The notes beneath the pieces are model-generated. The model did no database searches and was not told where the DNA came from. It saw nothing but the letters and a program-made list of their open reading frames with translations. Made by a program: the position numbers and the translations under genes. Positions 47,758-59,980 of a stretch of 64,000 bases of DNA are shown piece by piece. Every line of letters starts with the position of its first letter. Position 1 is the stretch's first letter. Origin of the DNA: Acidobacteriota bacterium (lineage in GTDB: Bacteria; Acidobacteriota; Thermoanaerobaculia; UBA5066); contig JADJVE010000007.1 of assembly GCA_016716715.1 (NCBI GenBank), positions 125,640 through 189,639 on the forward strand, given 5' to 3'.

Positions 47758-49119
47758 GTGAGCGTGAATCCCGATCTCAAGGGCGGCCGCCGTGTCTTCG
47801 TCGAGACGTGGGGCTGCCAGATGAACGTCCTGGACGGGCGGCGCTTCGCGGGCCTCCTCGCGCGCGACGGGTACGACGAGACGTTCGACGAGTCGGACGC
47901 CGACGTCTTCATCCTCAACACCTGCTCCGTGCGCGACAAGGCGGAGCAGAAAGTCTACGACCGAGTCGGACGCCTTGCGAAGCTCAAGCGGGCCAAGCCG
48001 GGGCTCGTGCTCGGCGTGTGCGGCTGCGTGGCCCAGCAGGAGGGCGAGTCGCTCCTCGAGCGCCTGCCCGCCGTCGACTTCGTCCTCGGGACCGGCCGCA
48101 TCGAGACGCTGCCGTCCGTGCTGCGGCGCGTCCGCGAGGAGGGCGATCGGCCGTGCGACACGGGTTTCGACACGGGCGAGGTCGTGTACACGCCCGGCGC
48201 CATCGCGCGCCTCGTGAGACACCGTGCGTCGATCACGGTGATCGAGGGCTGCAACAAGAACTGCACGTTCTGCGTCGTCCCGCAGACGCGCGGGCGCGAG
48301 CGCAACCGGCGCCTCGCCGACGTCGTGGAGGAGAGCCGCCGGCTGCTCGCAGACGGCGTCGTCGAGCTCGAGCTGCTCGGGCAGACCGTCAACGCGTTCC
48401 GCGATCCCGTCACCGGCGAGGACTTCGCGGACCTCGTCCGCGCGGTGGGCGCGCTGCCGGGGCTCCGCCGCCTGCGCTTCGTGACCTCGCACCCGAAGAA
48501 CTTCGACACGAAGCTCATCGACGCGATGGCCGACACCGCCACCGTCGCTCCGTACCTTCACCTGCCGGTCCAGTCGGGGTCGGACGCCGTCCTCAGGCGC
48601 ATGAAGCGCCAGTACACACGCGCCGAGTACGTGGATCTCGCGGGACGCCTCCGCGACCGTCTCCCGGGCCTCGCGCTCTCCACGGACGTCATCGTCGGAT
48701 TTCCGGGGGAGACCGAGGTGGATTTCGAGGACTCGCTGTCGCTGCTCACCGAGCTGCGGTTCGCGCTCATCTATTCGTTCACGTACTCGCCCCGGCCCGA
48801 CACGGCCGCCGCCCGGTGGGAGCACGACGTCCCGCCCCGCGAGGCGTCGCGCCGACTGGCGGCGCTGATGGACCTGCAGCAGGAGATTCAGCGAGAGACT
48901 CACCGGCGCCTGGAGGGCCGGGTGATGGAGGTCCTCGTCGAAGGACTGGACCGGAAGGGCGTCCGGAGCTCGGGCCGGTCGCTGTGCAGCCGGGTCGTGA
49001 ACATCGCGCAGCCGGAAGGGGAGCCTCCGATCCCGCCGGGATCGTTCGTGAACGTGCTGATCGAGCGCGGCTACCCGAATTCGCTGCTCGGAAGAGAGAT
49101 TTTTGCTTTCGGAAAATAG
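47758..49119 (+). CDS. miaB: tRNA-2-methylthio-N6-dimethylallyladenosine synthase
   Basis: VFVETWGCQMNV, ILNTCSVRDKAEQK, radical SAM CNKNCTFCVVP, C-terminal TRAM domain. Confidence 0.9.
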   Translation: MSVNPDLKGGRRVFVETWGCQMNVLDGRRFAGLLARDGYDETFDESDADVFILNTCSVRDKAEQKVYDRVGRLAKLKRAKPGLVLGVCGCVAQQEGESLLERLPAVDFVLGTGRIETLPSVLRRVREEGDRPCDTGFDTGEVVYTPGAIARLVRHRASITVIEGCNKNCTFCVVPQTRGRERNRRLADVVEESRRLLADGVVELELLGQTVNAFRDPVTGEDFADLVRAVGALPGLRRLRFVTSHPKNFDTKLIDAMADTATVAPYLHLPVQSGSDAVLRRMKRQYTRAEYVDLAGRLRDRLPGLALSTDVIVGFPGETEVDFEDSLSLLTELRFALIYSFTYSPRPDTAAARWEHDVPPREASRRLAALMDLQQEIQRETHRRLEGRVMEVLVEGLDRKGVRSSGRSLCSRVVNIAQPEGEPPIPPGSFVNVLIERGYPNSLLGREIFAFGK

Positions 49120-49233
49120 ATTTCGTCGAATGGTTAATAAAGAGGGGTGGCACGACCCCGCTGCGGGTCGGCATGTCGCGTGTTGCGGCCCGCTCCTAAA
49201 CCTCTCTAAGCAAATCTCTTAGGTGCTCTTCGG
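49089..49233. repeat. Repeat doublet spanning the miaB 3' end and the miaB-BFN intergenic region
   Basis: The tandem forward copies are GGAAGAGAGATTTTTGCTTTCGGAAAATAG and ATTTCGTCGAATGGTTAATAAAGAGGGG (49089-49147). The reverse copy is AACCTCTCTAAGCAAATCTCTTAGGTGCTCTTCGG (49199-49233). Confidence 0.75.
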
Positions 49234-49305
49234 AGTCCGCCGGCTGTGATTTCTCCTTGCGCAATGGCGTTGTGCTCCCTAGATTCATTCTCAGGAGGCG
49301 TTCGA

Positions 49306-49791
49306 GTGCGCATCAAGATGGACGTCAAGGCGTTGATCGTGGATCCCATCGCGAACGTTCCGGTCGTGATCCTCAGGGATGCGGATGAGAAGAACTTCCT
49401 CCCGATCTGGGTGGGTGTTTTCGAGGCGAACGCCATCGCACTGCAGATGGAGGGCGTCACGACGCCGCGCCCGATGACGCACGACCTCCTGCGAAACATC
49501 ATTCGCCAGATCGAAGGGGACGTGACCCGCGTCGTCATCAACAGCCTGGAAGAAAACACGTTCTACGCCCAGATTCACATCAAGCTCGCGGACCGTGAGC
49601 TCACCGTGGACAGCCGGCCCTCCGATGCGATCGCCTTGGCCCTGCGAACGCACGCGCCCCTCTTCGTCGAGGAGTCCGTGCTGGAGAGGAGCCGGACTGG
49701 CGACGATTCGGCTGAGGCCCACAGCGCCGAGCGGCTGCGCAAGTGGCTCGAGGATGCTGACCCAGAGAGCCTCGGCAAGTACAAAATGTAG
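49306..49791 (+). CDS. Bifunctional nuclease (BFN/DUF151) family protein
   Basis: VPVVILRDADEKNFLPIWVGVFEANAIA, RPMTHDLL, DSRPSDAIALALR. AGGAGG lies 7 nt upstream of GTG 49306. Confidence 0.75.
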   Translation: MRIKMDVKALIVDPIANVPVVILRDADEKNFLPIWVGVFEANAIALQMEGVTTPRPMTHDLLRNIIRQIEGDVTRVVINSLEENTFYAQIHIKLADRELTVDSRPSDAIALALRTHAPLFVEESVLERSRTGDDSAEAHSAERLRKWLEDADPESLGKYKM

Positions 49792-49834
49792 CCTCGGCCT
49801 CCGGATCTCCTTGAAGGCCGGCCGGGCCCTCCGT

Positions 49835-49859
49835 ATCATGCGCATCTCTCTCGCATGAT
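49835..49859 (+). promoter_or_regulatory. 8-bp perfect inverted repeat spanning the parA start codon, with a 6-codon upstream mini-ORF
   Basis: ATCATGCG (49835-49842) pairs with CGCATGAT (49852-49859). ATG 49838 opens MRISLA-stop, and its TGA overlaps the parA ATG at 49855. Confidence 0.3.
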
Positions 49860-50616
49860 CATCACAGTCGCGAACCAGAAAGGCGGAGTGGGGAAGACCA
49901 CGACGGCGATCAACATCGCCGCCGCCTTCGCGCAGAAGGGTCTTCGCACCCTTCTCATCGACCTCGATCCCCAGGGGAACTCCACGATGTCCTTCATCGA
50001 CCGGAAGGAGATCGGGAAGTCGATGTACGACGTCCTCACGGACCCGGCGACGTCGATCTTCGAGATCATCCGGCCGGCCGCTCTGCCGAAGCTCACCATC
50101 GCCCCGGCTCGCATCGCTCTCGCGAAGGTCGAGTCGAAGCTCCTCGGCGAGCTCGACGGCCACTTCCGCCTCAAGGACAAGCTCCAGGTCGTGAAGGAGT
50201 CGGGGGAGTACGACGCGATCATCATCGACACGCCGCCGACGCTGGGAATGATCACGGTGAACGCGCTCGTGGCGTCGTCCCACATCCTCATTCCGATCCA
50301 GTCGTCCTACTTCGCTCTCGAAGGCACGGACGACCTTCTCGAGACGATCGAGAAGATCAAGGGCCGCCCGAATCCGAACCTCCAGATTCTCGGCGTGGTC
50401 ATCACGCTGCACGACCGGCGCACAACGCTCGGGCGCGACATTCAGGCCCAGATCGACGAAGTCTTCAAGGGCAAGGTTTTCAAGACGACGATCTCGAAGT
50501 CCATTCGTCTCGAGGAATCCCCGGCGTACAAGGAATCCATCTTCACGTTCGCTCCGCGCTCGTCAGGCGCGCTCGAGTACTACAGCCTGACGGAGGAGAT
50601 CCTCTCCCGTGTCTAA
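49855..50616 (+). CDS. parA: Chromosome partitioning ATPase ParA/Soj
   Basis: IITVANQKGGVGKTTTAINIAAAFA, IIIDTPPTLG. Confidence 0.9.
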   Translation: MIITVANQKGGVGKTTTAINIAAAFAQKGLRTLLIDLDPQGNSTMSFIDRKEIGKSMYDVLTDPATSIFEIIRPAALPKLTIAPARIALAKVESKLLGELDGHFRLKDKLQVVKESGEYDAIIIDTPPTLGMITVNALVASSHILIPIQSSYFALEGTDDLLETIEKIKGRPNPNLQILGVVITLHDRRTTLGRDIQAQIDEVFKGKVFKTTISKSIRLEESPAYKESIFTFAPRSSGALEYYSLTEEILSRV

Positions 50617-51508
50617 GCGTCGCGGCCTCCCCGAAACATCCCGCATGCGCCACGATTCGCACTTCGTCGAGCAGCTCGTGCGGGCGGACGAACTGCCCGT
50701 CGGGCGGCGCATCCCGATCCACCTCATCGAGGCGAACCCGGACCAGCCCCGTAGCTCGATGGGCGACCTTGCCGAGCTCACGAAGTCGATCACCGACAAG
50801 GGCGTTCTCGAGCCGATCCTCGTGCGCCCTCGTGAAGACGGCCGCTACACGATCATCTCCGGCGAACGGCGCTTCCGGGCGTCGCTCGACGCCGGCCTCA
50901 CGGAGATTCCGTGCATCGAGATGGAGATCTCCGACAGCGAAGTCCTCGAGATCGCCCTCGTTGAGAATCTCCAGCGCAAGGATCTCAGCCCGTTCGAGGA
51001 AGCCGACGGATACCGCGCGCTGCAGGAGCGGCACGCGTACACGCACGTTCAGATCGCGGATGCCGTGGGGAAGTCGCGCGTCACGATCACGGAGGCCCTC
51101 GCGATCGGCAGGCTGCCTGAGGCCGTCAGGGAGGAATGTCGGCGCGCCGACATCCAGTCCCGTTCCTTCCTCCTCGAGCTCGGCCGCCTCAAGGACGAGG
51201 ACCTCATGCTTGCCATGGTCGCCGCGATGGCGAGGGGCGAAGACGTGAGCCGCGACGTCCTGCGCGAGGCGAAGGGCGCTGCACGCCGGGGCGCCACGCC
51301 TGCCAAACCGGGAGCGATGAAGCGCGCGTACACGCTCGATTACGCTCCCGAGGATCGTCGCTACAAGGTGAGCCTCGTCCTCAAGGGAAAGCTCCACAGG
51401 AAGGACGAGATCCTCGAAGCGATCCGCGACCTGGCGCGCCGCATTGAAGCGGGCGACATCGACCTCGAGTCCCAGGGCCGCTTCGTCAAAGCGAAGCCGA
51501 AGAAGTAG
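50609..51508 (+). CDS. parB: Chromosome partitioning protein ParB/Spo0J
   Basis: GVLEPILVRP...YTIISGERRFRAS, ALVENLQRKDLSPFEEA, HTH segment QIADAVGKSRVTITEAL. Confidence 0.9.
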   Translation: MSKRRGLPETSRMRHDSHFVEQLVRADELPVGRRIPIHLIEANPDQPRSSMGDLAELTKSITDKGVLEPILVRPREDGRYTIISGERRFRASLDAGLTEIPCIEMEISDSEVLEIALVENLQRKDLSPFEEADGYRALQERHAYTHVQIADAVGKSRVTITEALAIGRLPEAVREECRRADIQSRSFLLELGRLKDEDLMLAMVAAMARGEDVSRDVLREAKGAARRGATPAKPGAMKRAYTLDYAPEDRRYKVSLVLKGKLHRKDEILEAIRDLARRIEAGDIDLESQGRFVKAKPKK

Positions 51509-51513
51509 CGCCC

Positions 51514-51817
51514 GAAGAGAACCAGAGAGAACGAAGAGAAGATCTTCCTAGAAGGTGAAGAAGGGGCCAGGCGCCGCGTAACCGCCGCACGCGCAGACGA
51601 CAGAGGCGCCCCCCACACGTTCTAGGAATATCTCCGACGCCCGCTCCCGGTTCGAGAAGCCTAATAAATTCAGGCCTGGCGTCCCTCGTATTTAACATAA
51701 TAAATATTATCGGACGTTGCCTATTGGCGCCGGAATCCGGTCATGCAGCAGCTCGTGGCGCGGCGAATAGCCCGCTGAAGCCCTCTTAACCTTCTAAGAA
51801 AATCTTTGTCCTCTTCC
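51514..51817. repeat. Repeat doublet flanking an extremely AT-rich core between parB and lptFG
   Basis: The forward copy is GAAGAGAACCAGAGAGAACGAAGAGAAGATCTTCCTAGAAGGTGAAGAAGGGG (51514-51566). The reverse copy is CCCTCTTAACCTTCTAAGAAAATCTTTGTCCTCTTCC (51781-51817). The interior holds CCTAATAAATTC and TATTTAACATAATAAATATTATC. Confidence 0.8.
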
Positions 51818-51833
51818 GGCTACCATCGGTCCC

Positions 51834-54130
51834 GTGCTGCGTCGGCTGGATCGGTACGTCTTCAGCGAGGTGCTGGCACCGACCGTCGTCGGCTTTCTCG
51901 CCTACACCGGCTTCATGGCGGTGCGCGGCCTCGTCCAGTTCTCCGATCTGCTCGTCCAGAGCGAGCAGCCGCTCGCCGAGGCCGGGATCGTCCTTGCCCT
52001 CTCCCTCCCGCACATCGTCGTCCTCACGCTGCCGGTCGCCTTCCTGCTCGGCCTCCTCATCGGCATCGGGAGAATGTCGGCCGACTCGGAGCTGACCGCC
52101 CTCCGGGCCTCGGGCATCGACCTGGCCGGTCTCTACCGCCCGATCGGCGTCCTCGCGGCGGCCATCGCCGGGCTCACGCTGTTTCTCATGCTCGCCGTCG
52201 TCCCCCGGACGAACCACCTGCTCTACACGATGAAGCTCCGCCTCTCGAGCTTCGCGTTCGCCCAGCGGATCCAGCCAGGCGTCTTCAGCCCCGAGTTCGG
52301 GGGCCTGAGGGTCTACGTCGAGAAGGCGTCCGCCGACCGCCGCGAGCTCTCCGGTCTCATCATCTCGGACCGCTCGAACCCCGACGAGGGCGACCGCCTC
52401 ACGCTGGCCCGCAAGGGCTGGCTCGAGCTCGAGGAGGACCAGGGCCGCCTCTGGCTGCGGGTCGAAGGCGCCGAGACGCATCACCAGCAGGACGGCGGCA
52501 AGTCCTACGACGTGACGTCCTTCTCCAAGCAGCGGATGGTCCTCCAGGACAACGGCCCGGCCGGTCTCGTGAAAGAGAAGCTCATTCGCGAGCAGAACCT
52601 CCGGGAGCTCATCGCCCGGGCCGCCGCTCCCTCCCGCAGGCCCGAGGACCGCCGCCTGGCCATGACCGAAGTCCACAAGAAGTTCGCCCTGCCTGCCGCG
52701 TGCCTCGTCTTCGGGCTCATCGGACTCCCCCTCGGCATCGTCAACCGGCGCGGCGGCCGCGCGGCCGGGTTCGCGGTCTCGGTCGGGATCGTGCTCCTCT
52801 ACTACGCCCTCATCGCAACGGGCGAGGCCCGGGCGATCGAGGGCCGGATGTCCCCCGCCCTCGCGATGTGGCTGCCGAACGCGCTCCTCCTCGCGTTCGG
52901 CCTCTTCGCGCTCGCGCGCGTCCGCCGCGACCGCACCGTCTTCGAAGTGACGTGGCGTACCCCCGCGCGGCCCGAACCGCAGCAGCCCGCCGGCGCCACG
53001 GCCCCGGCCGCCAGGCGGAGCGTTTCGAGCCGGCGGACGATGCGCCTGCCCGGCCTCCTCCTCATCGACCGCTACGTCGCGCGCCGGTTCCTGGCGACGT
53101 TCCTGCTCGTCGTCGCGTCCATCGCGGTTCTCTACGTCCTGATCGACTATCTCGAGATCTCCGACGACATCGCGCGGAACAAGACGCCGTTCGCGATGGT
53201 GCTCCGGTACTACCAGACGTTTCTCGCGCCCATCCTCCTCGACATCGTGCCGTTCGCGTTCCTCGTCGCGGCCCTCGTCACGACGGCGAGCCTCGTGAGG
53301 TCCGCCGAGACGACGGCGCTCCTGTCGCACGGCGTCTCGCTCCACCGCGCCGCAGCGCCGCTCCTCGTCATGGCCGCCGCCGCGGGCGCGTTCCTGTTCC
53401 TCTTCGCCGAGCGCGTCGTGCCGGCCGCGGCGGCCGAGTCCGACCGGCTGCGCTACCTGCTCAAGGGCCAGACGCCTCCGGCGGCCGGCTCCACCGGCGT
53501 CTGGGTGCGAGGCGAACACGGGCGCTTCTTCGCGTCGGCCGCGTACGACCCGGCGACGCGGCGCGTAGACGGCCTCACCATGCTGCAGATCGATCCGGAG
53601 ACCTGGCATCTCGAGGCGCGGACCGACACGGAGCACGCGACCGTCGTCCCCGGACGCGGGCTTCTCGCGCGGGGCGGCTGGGTGCGGTCGTTCACGGGGC
53701 CGTCCGCAATGGCCGCGCGGCGGGACGACGACTTCATCCTCGACGCGCCCGAGGCCGCGGCCGCGTTCGTCGCGGGGCCGTCCGACATCAAGCGCATGAA
53801 GTTCTTCGAGCTGCGCCGTTACATCGCGGCGCGGCGGCGCGCGGGAGCCGACTCCGCGGCGCTCGCGACGGGCCTGTACCAAAAGACGTCGACTGCGGCG
53901 TCGGCGCTCCTGCTCACGCTCGTCGGACTCCCCTTCGCCTTCAAATACGGAAAGCGCGGCGCCGTCGCGGGGATCGGCGTCGCGCTGTTCCTGGGGCTGA
54001 CCTACCTGTTCCTGACGTCGCTCTTCGTCAGGTTCGGAGAGTCGGGATCGCTCCCTCCCCTCCTCGCCGCCTGGGTGCCAAACGTCTTCTTCGGCCTCGG
54101 CGCGGCCTGGGGACTTCTCGGAGTAAGAAC

Positions 54131-54134
<4 letters not shown>
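51834..54134 (+). CDS. Fused LptF-LptG LPS export permease (single 766-aa ORF)
   Basis: The N-terminal half starts LRRLDRYVFSEVL (LptF/YjgP pattern). The second half starts MRLPGLLLIDRYVARRFL at 53040 (LptG/YjgQ pattern). No stop codon separates them. Confidence 0.8.
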
Positions 54135-56489
<2,355 letters not shown>

Positions 56490-56503
56490 CGCGAGGTTAT
56501 ATC

Positions 56504-56520
56504 ACAGAATCAGATTCTGT
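56504..56520. promoter_or_regulatory. AT-rich palindrome, candidate ArsR-type operator upstream of the ArsR-methyltransferase gene
   Basis: ACAGAAT-CAG-ATTCTGT lies 15-31 nt upstream of GTG 56489 on the minus strand. It is adjacent to a TGTGATATAAC -10-like element, in the 40-nt gap after the metK stop. Confidence 0.4.
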
Positions 56521-56529
56521 TGATGTAAC

Positions 56530-57696
56530 TCAGACCTTCGCCGGAACGGCGGCACCCGCCGCGGCCGCCAGCGCGGCCGCCTTGTCCGTCTGCTCCCAGG
56601 TGAACTCCGGGAGACGGCGGCCGAAGTGGCCGTAGGACGCGGTCTTCTTGAAGATCGGCCGGCGCAGCTGGAGGGTCTCGATGATGCCCTTCGGCGTGAG
56701 CAGGAAGTGGTCCCGGACGATCTTCGAGAGGATCTCGGGGTCGACCTTCGACGTCCCGAACGCGTCCACGTAGACGGAGACGGGGTCCGCCACGCCGATC
56801 GCATACGCGAGCTGGACTTCCACCTTGTCGGCGAGGCCCGCCGCGACGAGGTTCTTGGCGATGTAGCGCGCCATGTACGAGGCCGACCGGTCCACCTTCG
56901 TCGCGTCCTTGCCCGAGAACGCCCCGCCGCCGTGGCGCCCGTAGCCGCCGTACGTGTCGACGATGATCTTCCGGCCCGTGAGGCCGGTGTCGCCCTGCGG
57001 CCCACCGGTGACGAAGCGGCCGGTCGGGTTGATGTGGAACTTCGTCTTCTCGTCCATGAGGGCCGCCGGAACGACCGGCTTGATGATCTCCTCGCGGATC
57101 GCCTCGCGGAGCTCGGGCGTCGGGATCGACTCGGAGTGCTGCGTCGAGATGACGACCGTGTCCACGCGCACGGGCTTGCCGTCCGCGTACTCCACCGAGA
57201 CCTGGCTCTTGCCGTCCGGGCGCAGCCACTCGAGCGTGCGGTTCTTGCGGGCCTCGGCGAGACGCATCGTGAGCTTGTGGGCGAGCGTGATCGGGAGCGG
57301 CATGAGCTCCTCGGTCTCGCGCACGGCGAGGCCGAACATGAGGCCCTGGTCGCCCGCGCCGCCCGTGTCGACGCCCATCGCAATGTCCGGCGACTGCTTG
57401 TCGATCGTGGAGATCACGGCGCACGTTTCGTAGTCGAATCCGTACTTTGCCCGCGTGTAGCCGACGTCCTTGATCGTCTGCCGCACGATGCCGGGGATGT
57501 CGACGTACGTCTTCGTCGTGATCTCGCCTGCGATGAGGGCGAGACCTGTCGTCACGAGCGTTTCGCACGCGACGCGGCCCATCGGGTCGTCCGTCAGGAT
57601 GGCATCGAGGATGGCGTCCGAGATCTGGTCGGCGATCTTGTCGGGATGCCCCTCGGTGACGGACTCCGACGTGAAGAGATGACGGTTCTTGCTCAT
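56530..57696 (-). CDS. metK: S-adenosylmethionine synthase
   Basis: [44 protein letters not shown]. Confidence 0.9.
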   Translation of the reverse strand: MSKNRHLFTSESVTEGHPDKIADQISDAILDAILTDDPMGRVACETLVTTGLALIAGEITTKTYVDIPGIVRQTIKDVGYTRAKYGFDYETCAVISTIDKQSPDIAMGVDTGGAGDQGLMFGLAVRETEELMPLPITLAHKLTMRLAEARKNRTLEWLRPDGKSQVSVEYADGKPVRVDTVVISTQHSESIPTPELREAIREEIIKPVVPAALMDEKTKFHINPTGRFVTGGPQGDTGLTGRKIIVDTYGGYGRHGGGAFSGKDATKVDRSASYMARYIAKNLVAAGLADKVEVQLAYAIGVADPVSVYVDAFGTSKVDPEILSKIVRDHFLLTPKGIIETLQLRRPIFKKTASYGHFGRRLPEFTWEQTDKAAALAAAAGAAVPAKV

Positions 57697-57752
57697 GAAA
57701 TGTCTCCGCGCCGCGTGCGGCGAAAGGCGGATGTTAGCAGGCGGGAAATCGG

Positions 57753-58274
57753 TCAGGGACGGTAGATCAGGAACCGCGTGAGGCCGTAGCGGCGGCGGTC
57801 GGACGGCGAAACGCCGCCTGGAGAGAGTTCGGAATCGTCGCCGCGTTCGTGGAACAGCCACCCGCCGACCACGACGACCGAGAGAAGGAGTTGAAGATCG
57901 GATTCGGAAGAGATTTCTTTGAAAGGGGGATCGTGGAAGACCACGTCGAACGAGGCACGTCCGGGCGCAAATCTTCCTGCGGACATCACCTCGAGCCGCG
58001 ACGTGGCCGTTGCGCCGAGACGCTCCACGTTCCCCCTCAAGACCTCCGCGACCTTCCGATCCGCTTCGACGAACGTCGCGTGCGCCGCGCCCCGCGAGAG
58101 GGCCTCGAGCCCGTACGCCCCTGAGCCGGCGCACGCGTCGAGGACGCGCGCACCGCGGATCGCGTCCCCGAGGATGTCGAACGCCGCCTTGCGTGCGACC
58201 TCCGTCGTCGGCCGGATCCCATCCGGCACCTCGAGCTTCCGCCCGCGCCACTCCCCTGCCGTGATGCGGACCAC
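57753..58274 (-). CDS. rsmD: 16S rRNA (guanine966-N2)-methyltransferase
   Basis: [41 protein letters not shown]. Confidence 0.85.
   Translation of the reverse strand: MVRITAGEWRGRKLEVPDGIRPTTEVARKAAFDILGDAIRGARVLDACAGSGAYGLEALSRGAAHATFVEADRKVAEVLRGNVERLGATATSRLEVMSAGRFAPGRASFDVVFHDPPFKEISSESDLQLLLSVVVVGGWLFHERGDDSELSPGGVSPSDRRRYGLTRFLIYRP
57881..57931 (+). repeat. Forward copy inside rsmD (gene on the opposite strand)
   Basis: GAGAGAAGGAGTTGAAGATCGGATTCGGAAGAGATTTCTTTGAAAGGGGGA. Read on the minus strand it encodes the catalytic DPPF motif followed by [10 protein letters not shown]. Confidence 0.65.
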
Positions 58275-59036
58275 CTAGTGCCGCCTTGCGGGGGGAACCG
58301 GCGTCGGGGCCGGCCCCACCTTCTCGGGATTCTCGAAAAGCCGCGCAATGTCCCCCCGGTAGAGGAAGAGGCGCATCTTGTGGCTGCCGTCGCCCCCCGT
58401 AACGGCCATCTCCTCGAGCTCGAAGTCGTGGTCGAGCACGTCGTCGTGGACGATGCGGTACCAGACGCCGTCGGACCGCTTCTTCAGGAGAGACCCGGCC
58501 TTGAGGCCCTTCGTGTCCCAGTTGATCTCGGACGGGTCCTCCTTCTCGAAGCGCGCTCGCAGGTCCTCGATGGCGCCCCGCGCATGCCCGACGGCGAGCG
58601 GGAGGGTCGAGAGCTCGTCGAATGGGTATGCCCGGATCTTCCCCGGCCCGTCCGCGATCTCCAGCCGCATGCGTCGGGCGGCCGAGTCGCCCAGCACCAT
58701 GCGGGCCGGATCCTCGACGTCGCGCCGCTCCACGACGAGCGCGTCCTGGCAGACCCGCTTGATGACCTCGAGCTCCTGCTGCGAGACGGTTCGACGCTCC
58801 ATCGTGTCGACTCCGCGGAAGCTCAGGATCTTCACGAGCGTGCCGTCGTCGAAGAGCGCCGTGCGCTCGCGGCCGACGCCCTGCCACGACTCGAGCGCGA
58901 TGACGAGGCGGGGATTCCGGATCTCCGGAGTCCGCGTGGGCGTGACCGTGGCGGTCGGCGTCGGCGTGAGCGTCGGGAACGGCGCTTCGCCCGGCGCAAA
59001 CGCGAGCGCGGCCGCGAGGACGAAGAAAACGCTCAC
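58275..59036 (-). CDS. Secreted hypothetical protein
   Basis: Signal peptide [14 protein letters not shown] followed by a PT-rich linker. It abuts the rsmD start and overlaps the cca-like stop. Confidence 0.55.
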   Translation of the reverse strand: MSVFFVLAAALAFAPGEAPFPTLTPTPTATVTPTRTPEIRNPRLVIALESWQGVGRERTALFDDGTLVKILSFRGVDTMERRTVSQQELEVIKRVCQDALVVERRDVEDPARMVLGDSAARRMRLEIADGPGKIRAYPFDELSTLPLAVGHARGAIEDLRARFEKEDPSEINWDTKGLKAGSLLKKRSDGVWYRIVHDDVLDHDFELEEMAVTGGDGSHKMRLFLYRGDIARLFENPEKVGPAPTPVPPARRH

Positions 59037-59980
59037 GAGGGGACCCCGGCCGCGCGCCGGAGCGCGCGCGAGAAGTTGAGACGCGCGGCGGCGGCGGCGC
59101 GCTCGGGCCCCGGCAGGGGCTCGAGGAGCCGGCGCCAGATTTCCTCTTGCTTCGGACGCGCATCCGCCGCAAGGGGCTCGTCGAGCGATCTCGAAGCATC
59201 GGAACCGATGGTTGAAGATTTCTTAGAAGGTGAATGGGAGCCCGCCCAGCCTGGAAGCACATCGCCGAAGAGTTCGAGCTCCGCCGCGAGCCCAACCGCC
59301 TGGCCCCAATTACCTTCTAAGAAAATCTCTTCGATCCCTCTTCTCATTCGGTCGCCCGAAAGGCGACCGAATGCATCTCCCTTTCGTGCCGCTTTCAGAG
59401 CCTTTCCGAACTCCGCGTCCCAGGCGAAGCCAAGCCGCACCGCGTACTTCACCGCGCGGTACGCGCGCGTGGGGTCGTCGACGAGGGACTTCGCGTGCAG
59501 GAGCCGCAGGGTCTTCGCCGCGAGGTCGCGCTTGCCGCCGAAGGGGTCGAGGGTCGCGCCGACGAGGCCGCGCTTCCCGATGCGCCGCGCCATCGCGTGG
59601 ATCGTGAAGTCCCGTCGCCCGAGGTCGTCGTCGATCGTGGCCGTGCCCGTCACGACGGGCAGGCTCGCGGGCGCGGGGTATTCCTCGCGCCGCGTCGCCG
59701 CGAGGTCGACGCGCAGGCCGCCGGGCGCTTCGAGCGTCGCCGTTCCGAATCGCTCGTGCCGCGCCTTGAGCGTCCAGCCCGGGAGCGCCGCGAGGCGGGA
59801 GGCGAGCTCCAGCGCGCTCGCGGCCCCCGCCTCCACGGCGAGGTCGACGTCTTTCGTCGGGCGCCCGAGCAGCAGGTCGCGCAGCGCGCCTCCAACGAGC
59901 CAGAGTCCCATCTCGCGGCGCTCCGCCGCCTCGCCGATCCGGGCGAGAAACGGCCGGAGGTCTTCCGCGTCCGGCGTCAT
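59033..59980 (-). CDS. Poly(A) polymerase / CCA-adding tRNA nucleotidyltransferase family protein (head domain only, no HD domain)
   Basis: [58 protein letters not shown] overlap with the dnaE stop. Confidence 0.75.
   Translation of the reverse strand: MTPDAEDLRPFLARIGEAAERREMGLWLVGGALRDLLLGRPTKDVDLAVEAGAASALELASRLAALPGWTLKARHERFGTATLEAPGGLRVDLAATRREEYPAPASLPVVTGTATIDDDLGRRDFTIHAMARRIGKRGLVGATLDPFGGKRDLAAKTLRLLHAKSLVDDPTRAYRAVKYAVRLGFAWDAEFGKALKAARKGDAFGRLSGDRMRRGIEEIFLEGNWGQAVGLAAELELFGDVLPGWAGSHSPSKKSSTIGSDASRSLDEPLAADARPKQEEIWRRLLEPLPGPERAAAAARLNFSRALRRAAGVPS
59214..59346. repeat. Convergent repeat doublet inside the cca-like gene
   Basis: The forward copy is GAAGATTTCTTAGAAGGTGAATGGGAGCCC (59214-59243). 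The reverse copy is AATTACCTTCTAAGAAAATCTCTTCGATCCCTCTTCTC (59309-59346). On the minus strand the copies encode [13 protein letters not shown] and [11 protein letters not shown]. Confidence 0.8.

Noticed and set aside
49147-49165. Sigma-54 promoter (TGGCACG...) upstream of the BFN gene
   Set aside because: The GG to GC spacing is 9 or 12 nt rather than the canonical 10, and the -12 element TTGC is absent.
51567-51780. Chromosomal origin (oriC) next to parAB because of the AT-rich block
   Set aside because: I saw no cluster of DnaA-box-like TTATCCACA sequences. There is no dnaA or dnaN nearby, and there is only one short AT-rich patch.
49792-51833. parS site near parAB
   Set aside because: No sequence resembling TGTTTCACGTGAAACA was seen by eye in or around parAB. 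A formal pattern search is still advisable.
57697-57752. SAM riboswitch in the metK leader
   Set aside because: Only 56 nt separate metK from the upstream rsmD stop. I could not recognise SAM-I, SAM-II or SAM-V consensus elements. A covariance-model scan would be needed to exclude SAM-II/V.
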